DNA of 64,000 bases from an uncultured Acidobacteriota bacterium (GTDB lineage Bacteria; Acidobacteriota; Blastocatellia; RBC074). Shown here one piece after another: positions 1 to 10,469 of this stretch (positions are counted from its first letter, which is position 1; each line of letters begins with the position of its first letter). The stretch covers positions 256,001 to 320,000 of the forward strand of contig CAWCKY010000002.1 of the NCBI GenBank assembly GCA_963796275.1, written 5' to 3'. The translations under genes were made by a program, and so were the position numbers. The notes under the pieces were generated by a model, which made no database searches, had not been told where the DNA came from, and saw only the letters and a list, made by a program, of their open reading frames with translations.

Positions 1-1198
1 CTGTGCCGAACTCGGTGCCGAAGATTTCGGCGGCGCCGGCAGTGACGATGTTTGCTCCGACGGCGGGACCGCGCGCGAGCACAGCCAGCGAGCCGGTGAC
101 GCGGCGCACTTCCACGCGGCGGCGAACATACTGCTGCGGCCCGATATTTTCGTAAACCCAGGTGCCACCGTGGATGTCGTGTAAGACTGCTGACCATGGC
201 ACGACCAGGCTTTCTTCAGTCGCTTTTTCTGAAAGCGTCACTCCCATCTTCTGGCCGGGGCGTAGGGAGCCGTCCTGATTGGCCAATTCGAAGTACAGGT
301 CGGCCGTGTCGTTCAGAGGATTGGCAGTGGGCGGAGCGTTGATGGGGCGAGCGGAGCGTGTTGCGGTGCCTGGCGCCTCATTCAGCGCATGAACTCGCGC
401 AGTTTGACGGCGGTCAATCAAACTTAAGTCGCCGACGTACACCGGCACCCGAATCCAAACAGTGGCGAGGTTGACCACTTCGAAGAGGGCCCCGCCGCTG
501 GGAACGGTCTGGCCCGGGCTAACCAAGACTCTCTGAATCAGGCCATCCTGCGGAGCTGTAATGGTGAATGCGGCATCACCAGAGACAGGCGCGTTGACAT
601 AACGGTCAAGCCGCTCGCGCGCCGCCTTCAGATCGTTTTCGGCGAGGCTAAGTTCTTCGCGCGCCTGTTCAACGGCTTTCTCGCTGCCAGCGCGGTCATG
701 CAAAAGTCGTTCGGCGCGCTTGAAGCGAGCGCCTGCGGCGTCAACCCGCGTCTGTGTATTGGTCACGTCGCGTTCCAATTGCACGCGTAGGTCGCGTTCG
801 GGCGGAAGCAGGGGGGTTAGGCGAAAGAGCGCCTGCCCCTTGCTCACAAACAGCCCAACTACGAGCGGAGCATAGGCCGCGAGAGTGCCGCTCACCGGAG
901 CCGCGACGCTGATGGCGCGATCGGGCGGGAGTACTATTTCACCGGCAAAAGTCCGAGTCTGGGCAACGGTTTTAACCGCGACAGGCGCGGTGGCGATTCC
1001 CAGGCGCTCTTCGGCCTTCGGAGAAAGTTTGACCCTCGCCAGTTCGGACTCTTTGACAGGGCTCTCGACTTTTGCTGCCGGTTCTGCCATCTGACTCCCT
1101 GCGGCCTGTGGCTTTGAACAGCTGCACAACGAGATCGATGAGACGGCGATGATGAAAAGCAGCAGCCCGATCATCGCTCCTGAGAATGGCGGGCGCAC
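1..1198 (-). CDS. Efflux RND transporter periplasmic adaptor (MFP) subunit, running off the window edge
   Basis: Manual translation from GTG at 1198: VRPPFSGAMIGLLLFIIAVSSISLCSCSKP...ELARVKLSPKAEERLGI...AGAAEIFGTEFGT. Lipoprotein-like N-terminus; directly downstream of the TolC-like gene. Confidence 0.85.
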   Translation of the reverse strand, partial: MRPPFSGAMIGLLLFIIAVSSISLCSCSKPQAAGSQMAEPAAKVESPVKESELARVKLSPKAEERLGIATAPVAVKTVAQTRTFAGEIVLPPDRAISVAAPVSGTLAAYAPLVVGLFVSKGQALFRLTPLLPPERDLRVQLERDVTNTQTRVDAAGARFKRAERLLHDRAGSEKAVEQAREELSLAENDLKAARERLDRYVNAPVSGDAAFTITAPQDGLIQRVLVSPGQTVPSGGALFEVVNLATVWIRVPVYVGDLSLIDRRQTARVHALNEAPGTATRSARPINAPPTANPLNDTADLYFELANQDGSLRPGQKMGVTLSEKATEESLVVPWSAVLHDIHGGTWVYENIGPQQYVRRRVEVRRVTGSLAVLARGPAVGANIVTAGAAEIFGTEFGT

Positions 1199-1205
1199 AA
1201 TCAGT

Positions 1206-2630
1206 TTAGCGGTTGGCAATCAGCCTCCTTCCGACGCTCCGTTCGAGTTGCGCTAATGCACGCGCGGTAGCGACCTGGTAATCAGCTTCGCGCAATCGTT
1301 CATCGGAGTAGCGGCGCGCGGTTTCGAGCACGAACAGGTAGGACACATCGCCCGAGCGGTAGGCCGTCTCGGCCAGGCGAATGTTCTGTTCCAGCGGCAG
1401 CAGCACGCGCGTCCGCCACAGTTGATGCGTTGCGCGCGCCTGCGTAAGTTGCAGATAAGCCTCGCGTACTCCCGATACGACTCGTTGCCGGGTGGCGATC
1501 AGTTGTTTGGCGGCGCGTTCGATCTCCGCCTCTGCCCGCGAGATGTTGCCCTGATTCCGGTTGAAGATCGGCAGATCGATCAGCAGGCCCGGCCCTTGCT
1601 CGAAGCCATTGGCGCCTCGCCCGTACTCCTTGGCGATGGCCGTGACATTGATGATACGCGAACGCTCCCACCTGGCGCGCGCTCCGGCTGCTTCGATGGC
1701 AAGCTCCCCGGCCTTCACCTCCGGCGCGGCCTCGAGCGCCTGTTTGATCAGTTCGTTGAGCGATTCTGATTCCGCTGCGGTATTTGAAGCAGTGGAAGGT
1801 GCGGCGATCCGCACAGTCGTCGCGCGCACACTGATGATCTGGCTGGCCGCCGGGGCATGCCGCGACGGCGCGGCGATGATATTCACTCTTACGTCGTCAT
1901 TGCCGAAGCCTAACAACGCGCGCAAATGCTCGCCGGCGAGCGCCGAATCTTGTATGAATCGCGCCTCCTGCTCTTCCGCCTGGCGCGCATCGATGACGGC
2001 GGCGTTGGTTTCCAATTCGCTGATGTCGCCCGCTCGCAGCCGGGCATTAACGATGACGGCTATTTCCCGGCGCTCGCGCGCGATCTCCCTGACGATGCCG
2101 GCGCGCGTGTTCGCCGCCGAATAGTCGGCGTAAGCTATACGAACATCGCGTACCAGATCGAGCGCGCGCCCCACCAGTGTTGCGCCGACACGCTCCTCTT
2201 CCAGTTTGGCCGCCGCTACGCGCCGAGGCCGCTGCCAGATAGTCTCAATCGGCCAGCTGGCGACTGCTTCCAGGATCCGAAAACTGAAGGGAAAGATCAT
2301 CGTCAGTTGCGGGTTGGCGAGCAGACCAGCCTGAATCACGTCGGCGCGCGCCAGCCCCAACGCCGTCATCTCGGCTTGCAACGACGGGTTGTTCCACAGC
2401 GCAATCGCGACGGCCTCGTCTTCCGTCACTCCGTCATCGAGAGAGACGCCTTCGGGCATCGCCAATGGTGTCGTCCCCGGATGCAGTGGATGGCCGGTCC
2501 TGCGTTCAACTTCTTTTGACACGCCGGCAGGCTGAGTCTTGGTTTGCGCCCAACCGCTCGTGATTGCTGCGGCGGGCAGGAGGAAGCTGGTGATGACGAT
2601 TAAAAAGGCTCTTGCCCTAATAGCCAGCAT
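1206..2630 (-). CDS. TolC/CzcC-family outer membrane efflux protein
   Basis: 474-aa ORF with signal peptide and OEP-type motifs (AGLLANP, LPIFNRNQGNI, AYRSGDVSYLFVLE); next to the RND adaptor. Confidence 0.9.
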   Translation of the reverse strand: MLAIRARAFLIVITSFLLPAAAITSGWAQTKTQPAGVSKEVERRTGHPLHPGTTPLAMPEGVSLDDGVTEDEAVAIALWNNPSLQAEMTALGLARADVIQAGLLANPQLTMIFPFSFRILEAVASWPIETIWQRPRRVAAAKLEEERVGATLVGRALDLVRDVRIAYADYSAANTRAGIVREIARERREIAVIVNARLRAGDISELETNAAVIDARQAEEQEARFIQDSALAGEHLRALLGFGNDDVRVNIIAAPSRHAPAASQIISVRATTVRIAAPSTASNTAAESESLNELIKQALEAAPEVKAGELAIEAAGARARWERSRIINVTAIAKEYGRGANGFEQGPGLLIDLPIFNRNQGNISRAEAEIERAAKQLIATRQRVVSGVREAYLQLTQARATHQLWRTRVLLPLEQNIRLAETAYRSGDVSYLFVLETARRYSDERLREADYQVATARALAQLERSVGRRLIANR

Positions 2631-3672
2631 GAACGGTCTCCCTGGATGAAAGTTGGTTCATCCCTTGAGACAATGTAGCCGCGCGATTCCTTGTCAATAC
2701 GCCGCTGTCAATGACATTGCCCGCGGCATCTATCGTGGAGAAGGATATCTTGTCGGGCATAGCCTCAAAATAGATGAAACTGTTGACTGCGTCGTTGCCG
2801 GCGGCGAAGAAGGGGGTGCGCCGGTCCAGATCACCCTTTCGCAATTGGCCGCCCGTTCCGGAAGTGAAGTATTGCACGCCACGCCGCGGCTTGGTTCGCT
2901 CGTAAACGTGATCGTGTCCGGACAAGGCTGCCGTCACGCCGTATTTTACAAACAATGGCTCGAGCTGCGCACGCAGCTTCAGATCTGATCCATGGGGAAT
3001 GCCGGAGGAATAGATCGGATGGTGAAAGTAGGCGATCTTCCACCGCGCCTTCGAAGCCGCCAGCGCACCATCCAGCCAGCGTGCCTGCGGCGAGTCGAAT
3101 TTGGTCGAATCGAGCGCGAAGAATTCAATCAGCCCATCCCCCTTCACAAACGAGTAATAGGCCTTACCGTTCATGTTGAAGTTCGGGTAGTTGATCTCCG
3201 CTTCTCGCCCCCGCCTCACGTCGTGATTTCCGAGCACGGCGTAAAAATGCACGCCGCGGTTCAGCAATTCGGCGTAAGGCCGCTCGAACCTGTCCTTGAT
3301 GAGAGCTGGATTGCCGTCCGGGTAGATGTTATCGCCGAGCATCAAGGCGAAATCAAACGGATGTTTGCTATGGAAGTCAGCCATCTCGGCAGCGAGCGAG
3401 TATTGGTTGTTTTCGCCGGTCCCCATATCGCCGAATGCGATGAACCGCACCATCCCAACGGGGCCTGTGTCGGACGGATTGGGAGTTTCCTTCAACTGTT
3501 GGGCTCTGCTGCTAAACGAAGCCGCGGCGGCGATGATAACAGCGAGCACAAAGATCAAGAACAAAGCCAGCCATCTGCGTGTCACTACTCTCTTTACCTC
3601 ATTGTACCTGGTTGCCTTTTGTTTTTTTTGGCGAATCGGAGCGGCCACCAATCGGCCGACGAAATACGCCAA
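2617..3672 (-). CDS. Secreted metallophosphoesterase (purple acid phosphatase-like)
   Basis: Calcineurin-like motifs FGDMG, GDNIY, GNHD, HHP, GHDH. True start may lie about 80 nt downstream of the ORF start. Confidence 0.88.
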   Translation of the reverse strand: MAYFVGRLVAAPIRQKKQKATRYNEVKRVVTRRWLALFLIFVLAVIIAAAASFSSRAQQLKETPNPSDTGPVGMVRFIAFGDMGTGENNQYSLAAEMADFHSKHPFDFALMLGDNIYPDGNPALIKDRFERPYAELLNRGVHFYAVLGNHDVRRGREAEINYPNFNMNGKAYYSFVKGDGLIEFFALDSTKFDSPQARWLDGALAASKARWKIAYFHHPIYSSGIPHGSDLKLRAQLEPLFVKYGVTAALSGHDHVYERTKPRRGVQYFTSGTGGQLRKGDLDRRTPFFAAGNDAVNSFIYFEAMPDKISFSTIDAAGNVIDSGVLTRNRAATLSQGMNQLSSRETVHAGY

Positions 3673-3748
3673 TGATTCATTGTAACGAAGAGCGGATAAA
3701 CAGGGGATAAATGGGGCAGGAAAAGAGATTTCGCGTGCGCTCCGTCAC

Positions 3749-5182
3749 TCAACCGGCCTGATTCGCAGGTAGAGTGACGCGGAATTGGCTACCGGTATGG
3801 TCAGAATAATGTAAGATCAACGATCCGCCGTGCGCCTCGGCAACCCAGCGTGCGATGGAGAGCCCCAATCCAGCGCCACTGCCGCTATTCCCATTCGCCG
3901 CACGAAACCGGGCTTTATCGGCTCGATAGAAACGCTCGAAGATATGCGGCTGTGCTTCGGCGGGGATACCTGTTCCGGTGTCAGACACGACGACATAATA
4001 GATTGAGTCCGTTTGTCCGAGTTGAAGCACGACCTGCCCGCCGGCGGGCGTATGTTTGATGGCATTATCGAGGAGGTTGAGCAGCATCTGGCGCAGCAGC
4101 GCCTCATCGCCGCGATACGGAGCCTCAACTGCCTCCTCAAACTCGACCGAGACAAGTTTACGCACGGCTAGCACGCCTACGGCGCGCGCAGTTTCGGCAA
4201 CCAGTTCATCCAGATAGAAATCATGCAGCTCCAGCCTGCGCTGCCCGGAATCGGCGCGCGCCAGGGTGAAGAGGTCATCTACGATCTTGTTCAAGCGGCG
4301 GCTCTGTTCGTTGATGATCGCCAGCGTTTCGTGGTATTCGCCCACTTCGCGCCGCGGGCTCTCCATTATCACTTCCGTCGCGGTGTGAATGATGTGGAGC
4401 GGCGTTCGCAGTTCGTGCGAAGCGTCCGCCACAAATTGCCGCTGCTTAGAGAATGATTCCTGCAGGCGAGCCAGCAACTCATTGAATGTCGCGGCCAACT
4501 GACCCAGTTCGTCGCGCGAATTGGTGATTGGCAGACGTTGTTCCAACCTTTCGGCGCTGATGCGCCGCGCGCTGTTTGCCATCTCCATAACCGGCGCCAG
4601 ACTTTTACGGGCCAAAAACGATCCGCCGATCCAGGCCAGCAGCATTGCCGCCGGCACCGCCATCAGAAAAATGACGCGCAAACCGGCCAGGTCTTGTGAC
4701 ACCGCTGCGAGACTTTGGCTGACTACAATTAAATAGCCTTTGTTTTCGCGCTGATACCTCACGCGCCGCGTGGCGACTCGCAATTCTTCTTCCTTACCAT
4801 AGATTCTGCCGATGGTGTGCAAAAATCGAATTTCGTCATCGGTAGGGAAAAGTCGCTCATCCGGCAGATCGGCCTGAAGGTCATTCGACAATACCTTCTC
4901 TTCCAGCAGACGCCCTTGCGCATCGAAGATTGCTGCCGCCTGGTCGGGAAAGTAATGCTCATTTAGAGCGCTGTGTATAGCTTGCGTTTCGCTCTCGCCC
5001 TCATCCAGCTCATAGACCAGGAGTCGCGATATCCCTTCCACGGTTGTTTGCACGCCGGCGTCCAATCGACGGTGAAGCTGGTTCGCCGCCAGCAGGTATA
5101 CGCCAACGCTGAACACGATCAACACGAATGCCAGTGTCCCTGTGTGCCACAGCGTCAATCTAGTTCGCACCGAATCCAGCAT
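3749..5182 (-). CDS. HAMP-domain sensor histidine kinase (CusS/CzcS-like)
   Basis: Two TM segments, HAMP (DELGQLAATFN), H-box ADASHELRTP, N-box NLLDNAIK, G-boxes DTGTG and GAGLGL. Confidence 0.92.
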   Translation of the reverse strand: MLDSVRTRLTLWHTGTLAFVLIVFSVGVYLLAANQLHRRLDAGVQTTVEGISRLLVYELDEGESETQAIHSALNEHYFPDQAAAIFDAQGRLLEEKVLSNDLQADLPDERLFPTDDEIRFLHTIGRIYGKEEELRVATRRVRYQRENKGYLIVVSQSLAAVSQDLAGLRVIFLMAVPAAMLLAWIGGSFLARKSLAPVMEMANSARRISAERLEQRLPITNSRDELGQLAATFNELLARLQESFSKQRQFVADASHELRTPLHIIHTATEVIMESPRREVGEYHETLAIINEQSRRLNKIVDDLFTLARADSGQRRLELHDFYLDELVAETARAVGVLAVRKLVSVEFEEAVEAPYRGDEALLRQMLLNLLDNAIKHTPAGGQVVLQLGQTDSIYYVVVSDTGTGIPAEAQPHIFERFYRADKARFRAANGNSGSGAGLGLSIARWVAEAHGGSLILHYSDHTGSQFRVTLPANQAG

Positions 5183-5186
5183 AGAA

Positions 5187-5882
5187 TCAGGTTGGAAGTT
5201 GGTCGTTTCCCGCCGCCAGCAGATAGCCCTCGCCGCGTAGCGTGCGAATCAGTTTCGGCTCTCGCCCTTCGTCAATCTTGCGTCGCAACCGTTGAATGTA
5301 AACCTCAATCAGGTTCGAAAACGGATCGAAGTTCTCGTCCCAGACGTGTTCGGCGATCTCCGAACGGGAGACAATCTGACCGGCGCGCCTCGCCAGGTAT
5401 TCCAACAAAGCATACTCTTTGGCAGTCAACGCGATCGGTTGACCCGCGCGCTGAACTGCGTGTGAACGAGTATTGATTTTCAGGTCGCCGGCTTCAATTG
5501 TCTCCGGCTGCAAGGACTGGCTCCGCCGCAACAGCGCCCGCACGCGCGCCAGAAGTTCGTGAAAATCGAAGGGCTTGATCAGGTAATCGTCCGCGCCGGA
5601 ATCTAATCCGGTGATGCGATCGCGCACATCATCTAAAGCCGTCAGCATCAGCACAGGTACGCTCGTCCCCCCGGCGCGAATTTCGCGGCAAACCTCAAAA
5701 CCATCTTTCAATGGAAGCATTACGTCGAGGATGATCAGGTCATAGTTGTTGATGCTCGACAGATAAACAGCTTCTTCACCTTCAGCCGCGATATCGACAG
5801 CGAAAGACCGCTCGCGCAACCCTTTCGCCAGCACACGCGCCGCATCAAGTTCGTCTTCAGCCAGCAAAACACGCATCTTCAT
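5187..5882 (-). CDS. OmpR-family response regulator (CusR/CzcR-like)
   Basis: REC domain (LAEDE, ILDVMLP, KPF) plus winged helix (IEVYIQRLRRKID, TLRGEGY); adjacent to the kinase. Confidence 0.93.
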   Translation of the reverse strand: MKMRVLLAEDELDAARVLAKGLRERSFAVDIAAEGEEAVYLSSINNYDLIILDVMLPLKDGFEVCREIRAGGTSVPVLMLTALDDVRDRITGLDSGADDYLIKPFDFHELLARVRALLRRSQSLQPETIEAGDLKINTRSHAVQRAGQPIALTAKEYALLEYLARRAGQIVSRSEIAEHVWDENFDPFSNLIEVYIQRLRRKIDEGREPKLIRTLRGEGYLLAAGNDQLPT

Positions 5883-6449
5883 CCCTTTACATCAGAATCC
5901 TGGCTACTTCAGAGACAATCTCAGAGTGCCGTCCAGCAACTATCATATTATGCGCCAGATAAATACATGATAAACCCGGCGATCTGGCCGCTACCACTTG
6001 TAATTGTCCGTAGTTTGGCTCTGGCATCTGGCGCATTGGATCAGGCAGTTGTAATATTGAAGCGACATTGGAAGACTTCATAAGTGATAGCGGCCACTCA
6101 TTTGCGGTAAGCTCGACCTCGCCGATCACGAACATCCAATGCCGCACAATATGGGCGGCTTTCTTTTTGCGACAGGTTCACTTAGGTCACCCCGCCACTG
6201 CTCGCACATGCGTCTGTAACTCATTAATTCTCACAAGGCTGAGATAGGCGCAATCCAATTGGATCGCAGGTGAGTGGTAACCATAGGGTCGACAGAGATA
6301 GCATCAGACGCATCCGACGTATCGCATGCGACGCGCGCTGATTGCCGCATTCGCCGAAGAACTTGTCCGCGCGCTCAGGCGACTGTCCCGAACGATTCCT
6401 CCACATCAAGATCGCGGCTCATGTGTTGCGCGCCTTCCAGGGACACTTC

Positions 6450-6750
6450 TCTGCGCCTCAATCACATGCGGTTGATGTTGATCTGCACCTATGGCACACC
6501 GACCTACGGCTCGATCAGCAAGTCCACGCGCCGGAGACGGTCACCATTGCGTCGCGTATTTCGTTCGCTTTGTGCGCAACGCGGCCAGGTCGGGACCGAA
6601 GAGCTTGATCGCGATCTGTACGCGCGTGCCGGAGAGCAGGTGGTCAGTGCGGTGCGAGATCGGTTGGTCGACCTTCAGGCCCACGCCCTGGATTGTGGCG
6701 AGCCTCTGCCTCAAGTCTTCCAGCACTTCGGTGTGCTTGCGACCGCCCTC
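6450..6750 (-). pseudogene. Internal fragment of a CusA/CzcA-family RND pump
   Basis: [46 protein letters not shown], followed by a broken 'VDLLIEP*VGVP*VQININR' with in-frame stops. Confidence 0.75.
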
Positions 6751-6756
6751 TTTCGT

Positions 6757-7779
6757 TCAGAAACCATAAACCCTACGCCTCGCGCGAGCAGCCAGCCCGA
6801 CCATACTCCGCGCCAACGGACCAGGTATGGCCGCCAACAAACGAAGGGGCAACGGCCCGCTTCCCGCCAGCCGCAATTCTTCTCGGGCTTCCATCCGCTT
6901 CCCTTTGCGAATCAAACAGCGGGCCCTCGTCAGATACTCGTCCTTCAGCGCCGCTTGATAGCGCTCCTTGTGCTGGGCGAGAAATTGCGCGTCGGCCCCG
7001 AACGTTCGCTGAAGCATCGTGATGCGGCACGTCGCCCTGTGCAACGCATCGCAATGTGAGAGTCGATGCCCTTCATGGTCACACTGCCAGACAGTTTCGC
7101 AGTCGAAGTAAGCCGCCTTGCCGATCCTCGCCAGACGCGTGAAACACTCGTGATCATCGTAAACACTGATGTCTTCGCTGAAATGGAGCGCGTCCCCGGC
7201 CTGCTCACGCCGCACAACCGCGGTCTGTGACGACACATAATTTTCCCTTAGCATTGTTTCGTACAGACTGCCGATATGGACGTTGAAGTCCGCCCGGCCC
7301 GGCGGCAGGGAGGCAAGGGACGAATAAGCTACGGGCGGGCCGAGGATATCATCCCAACTCCGCGGGTCGCGATGCCAGCCAAACAAGCCGTTGTATGTTT
7401 CGGTCCCGTCCATGTCCCTCAGGCCGAGATCGCTGAAACAGAACAAGACATCCGGTCGCGCCCGCATAAAAGCTCGCTGCAAGACTAGCTTGTCGGCGAA
7501 CCATTCGTCGTCAGAATCATTAAACGCCACGAGCGGGTTGCGGGCTTCAGCGATGCCGCGGTTGCGCGCCGCGCCGACGCCGCGGTGTGATCCGAGCACA
7601 TAGCGGATCCGATCGCGATATGACTCGAGCGCCTGCTTGGTGTTATCAGTGGATCCATCATCCACGACGATGACCTCGTCTCCGGGAGACATCATCGCCA
7701 GAACGGATCGCAACGACCGGCCAATGTGTTTGGCCCGATTATAAGTGGGGATAATTACGCTGACCGATAATTCATTCAT
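6757..7779 (-). CDS. Glycosyltransferase family 2
   Basis: VSVIIPTYNR, VVDDGSTD, AARNRG and FNDSDD motifs. Confidence 0.92.
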   Translation of the reverse strand: MNELSVSVIIPTYNRAKHIGRSLRSVLAMMSPGDEVIVVDDGSTDNTKQALESYRDRIRYVLGSHRGVGAARNRGIAEARNPLVAFNDSDDEWFADKLVLQRAFMRARPDVLFCFSDLGLRDMDGTETYNGLFGWHRDPRSWDDILGPPVAYSSLASLPPGRADFNVHIGSLYETMLRENYVSSQTAVVRREQAGDALHFSEDISVYDDHECFTRLARIGKAAYFDCETVWQCDHEGHRLSHCDALHRATCRITMLQRTFGADAQFLAQHKERYQAALKDEYLTRARCLIRKGKRMEAREELRLAGSGPLPLRLLAAIPGPLARSMVGLAARARRRVYGF

Positions 7780-7848
7780 CTAAACCTCAAAGGATACTCC
7801 ATCCATAGCGAGCATCTGGGCGAGCTTGGATGGAGAGGAATTTTGAGA
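7780..7848 (-). repeat. Solo copy of the IscB-element 3' end hairpin (PATE/MITE-like)
   Basis: aaacctcaaaggatactccatccatagcgagcatctgggcgagcttggatggagaggaattttgaga aligns with 40581-40648, and the 49-nt core is 47/49 identical to 44391-44439. Confidence 0.85.
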
Positions 7849-7937
7849 CCCCGCGACTTAGGGTAAATCACTTCAAGTATAGAATGACATGTAGTATCAT
7901 TCGTTCCGTGAAATTGACATGTGCTAGACCCTGACCT

Positions 7938-9113
7938 TCATATTGCTCCCTTCTCACTCGCGAATAATTCGTTGCGTAGCGGGCGCAGACGGAACTTGTA
8001 GGTGTGGAGCGCCCATCCGATAAAGCTGCGGGCAAAGATGTAGCAGAATGCGTGCGGGCGCGCTGCCGTCGCCCATTCGAGCTTCCAATCCATTTGCGGC
8101 ATTAAGAAGTCAAATTCCTTCGCCCCCTGCGCCAGAAGTTCGCGCAAGACTTCGGAAGTGATGACATGGCCGGGCGCTCCATGACTAAACTGTTCGTCGT
8201 AGGCGGGTTTGAGGAGAAAATATCGCCCGTCGTAAGTCAGACCGTAGTGCATCGCTACGGTGCGGTCGCCGATATCCAGCCGGTAAAGCGAGAGATAGCC
8301 AAATCGCGTCGCTGACCGCGCGACCTCATCGTAAAACTTCCGCGTCTCGGCGGCGCATGCGATGGCCGTTCCTTCCTTGCCTTTCCAACCGGCGCGTTCG
8401 AGCTGGTAGAAACGCTCCAACTCCGTCGGATCGGCCTCCGTCGTGCTGGTAAGCCGCAGGTCGCCTTCTTCTTCCAGCTTACGTTGGCGGCGGCGCACCG
8501 AATAGCGGAACTTCGAGGTGGTGTGCTTGAGGGCCGCCTCCAGCGTCGTGACCTGTCCGGGTAGCGCGATGTAGGGGCCGGGCGACATCTTCCACTGTCC
8601 AGTCAAATGGCCGTCCGAGCTTGCAAGACTGAGCAGGCTTTCGCTCGCCCCGCCCTCCGGCACTAACCTTAACTCGATCAGGTCCCAGCCGCGCCTCTCT
8701 CTCAACAATTGCCAGACGGCCCGCACCGCCGTCGGAACGTCCTGACCCGCGCCATGAGCCAGATCGAAGCGACACGAGTGCACGTTCGTCGGACTGCGCA
8801 ACATTCTGACCGGCAAGCCGTGAAAGAGCGCCCGCCCCTCGATGAGCGGCAGCAATGCGCGTAAACGTCCATTCACACGTGCCGTAACGATCAAAAGTCT
8901 CTTTTGCGGCGCAAAGGCGCGCATATAAGATTCGATCCACTCCGGGCGGAAGAATGGCTGATCGCAAGGCCCTTCGGCACATAACTCGCGCCACTCGTCA
9001 GCAAACCGCTCGATGATTTCGACGCCGCCTGAGAACGCCTCCGCCACAATCTTCGCCTCGGCTACGGTTTTCAAATTCACGATTGAAGAACTGTCCAAGC
9101 TACTGGTTAACAT
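7938..9113 (-). CDS. GNAT-family N-acetyltransferase (CelD/BcsL type)
   Basis: WRELCAE...PFFRPEW, GWKGKEGTAI, LKPAYDEQFSHGAPGH, FDFL. Start ATG at 9113 chosen. Confidence 0.85.
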   Translation of the reverse strand: MLTSSLDSSSIVNLKTVAEAKIVAEAFSGGVEIIERFADEWRELCAEGPCDQPFFRPEWIESYMRAFAPQKRLLIVTARVNGRLRALLPLIEGRALFHGLPVRMLRSPTNVHSCRFDLAHGAGQDVPTAVRAVWQLLRERRGWDLIELRLVPEGGASESLLSLASSDGHLTGQWKMSPGPYIALPGQVTTLEAALKHTTSKFRYSVRRRQRKLEEEGDLRLTSTTEADPTELERFYQLERAGWKGKEGTAIACAAETRKFYDEVARSATRFGYLSLYRLDIGDRTVAMHYGLTYDGRYFLLKPAYDEQFSHGAPGHVITSEVLRELLAQGAKEFDFLMPQMDWKLEWATAARPHAFCYIFARSFIGWALHTYKFRLRPLRNELFASEKGAI

Positions 9114-9239
9114 GCGCCATATCCTTATGTGAAAACTTGATTGCGGAGAATGCCGTCTGAGTTCGAAGCTCAAGTAATGCGCCAAATCGAGTTAATAACG
9201 AACGCCTGGCGCACGAGAGTTTTCTGGCTGGATACTCTT

Positions 9240-9339
9240 CCGCACGTCCGGCGAGTTTCCGCAGAATGTTGTAAAAGCGAATCTTGCCGCCTGTATCTAC
9301 CAGAACCAGTTTGCGCATTTTGACCCACAGGATTTTCAT
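9240..9339 (-). pseudogene. N-terminal fragment of a family-4 glycosyltransferase
   Basis: MKILWVKMRKLVLVDTGGKIRFYNILRKLA resembles a GT4 N-terminus, then breaks off. Confidence 0.55.
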
Positions 9340-9500
9340 TGCCTTTTCCCTGAACTCCCGCTGAACGAAAACTCTTGAATTGCCGCGCTCGCGGCGTCCG
9401 GCGCCTCGCCGTCGAAGAAGCGCCGCTGCCAGGTTTCAAAATTGACGAGCATCCACAATCGCTCCGCGTGGCGCTCGCCCGCCGCGTGGCGCGCCGCGAG
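9336..9500 (-). pseudogene. C-terminal fragment of an asparagine synthase (AsnB-like amidotransferase)
   Basis: HAAGERHAERLWMLVNFETWQRRFFDGE resembles AsnB C-termini; fused to MFS remnants upstream. Confidence 0.55.
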
Positions 9501-10164
9501 CACGAGCACGTAAGCCATCGTCGCCACTATCGCCGCCGCGCCCGCCGTCGCTTCGGAAACCGAGAGCGAGCGCTGACGCAACGACACGAGAGCGGTGGCA
9601 CCTCACCTCGCGCGGGACGAGGGCCGCTGCGACGAGCAGCGCAACCAACAGACCGGCAACCGCTGGTCTGGCGATGGCCTCGACGTCAGCCGCCACGCGC
9701 GAATACGAGAGCGCCTGGACGTACTGTTCATTGCCAACGACTTGGGGGATCCTGGCTTCGAAGGTTGGCGTGAAGAAAGCCGTTACCGCGTTGATGGCGA
9801 AATCAGCGCGTAAATCTACCAGACGGCGGTGATGAACGGAAAGAGCATGAGCAGGCCGAAGCGCACGGGGTCGGCGGCGATCAGAATCTTTTTGCGGCTG
9901 AGGCGGTCCGCAATCACGCCCGCCGGTTGCGAGAATAGAATGAAGGCGAGGATGCGCAGCATCAGAGCGTTGCCGATGACTGCGGTCGCCGACGCCCCGC
10001 CTGAGCTGATAGGTGAAGAGCGCCAGACCAACTATCGTCACGCCGCTGCCGAGCAACGAGACGATCTGCGCGCCGAACAACAACTTGAAATCGCGATTGC
10101 GCCAAAGCGATAAAGGCGCGATGGGATGCTGTGGTATTTCGTTCATCAGTTGACAGTGAGTCAA
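9500..10164 (-). pseudogene. Frameshifted, truncated MFS transporter
   Basis: LWRNRDFKLLFGAQIVSLLGSG / AGVIADRLSRKKILIAAD / AFFTPTFEARIPQVV are split across different frames. Confidence 0.8.
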
Positions 10165-10178
10165 TAACGTTAGTCTTT

Positions 10179-10238
10179 AGTCCCGCCTTCAGGAGGAAGG
10201 ACTTGAAATTCCAGATACTTCCTCCTGAAAGCGGGACT
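10179..10238. repeat. REP-doublet (REPIN-like) inverted repeat
   Basis: agtcccgccttcaggaggaag (10179-10199) and cttcctcctgaaagcgggact (10218-10238) form a 21-bp inverted repeat with 1 mismatch and an 18-nt spacer. Confidence 0.7.
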
Positions 10239-10469
10239 GCAAACCACTCTCGGCTATGCCGTTATCCATTGGTTATTTCTGCTCCGGCTTTGTGCCGGGG
10301 GGGATTCGCAATCTCGCCGAGATTCACGGCGGGGCGATTTCGCTTGAGAAATCGCTGTAGGGGGGAGCGCGCGCAACTCACGCTGCCTGCTTAGGGCGTG
10401 GTGTAGTGGCAAAAATGAGCGAAATCAAAACCGCACTTACGGAGAAAACTTCCGGTTCGGCGCCAGTAG

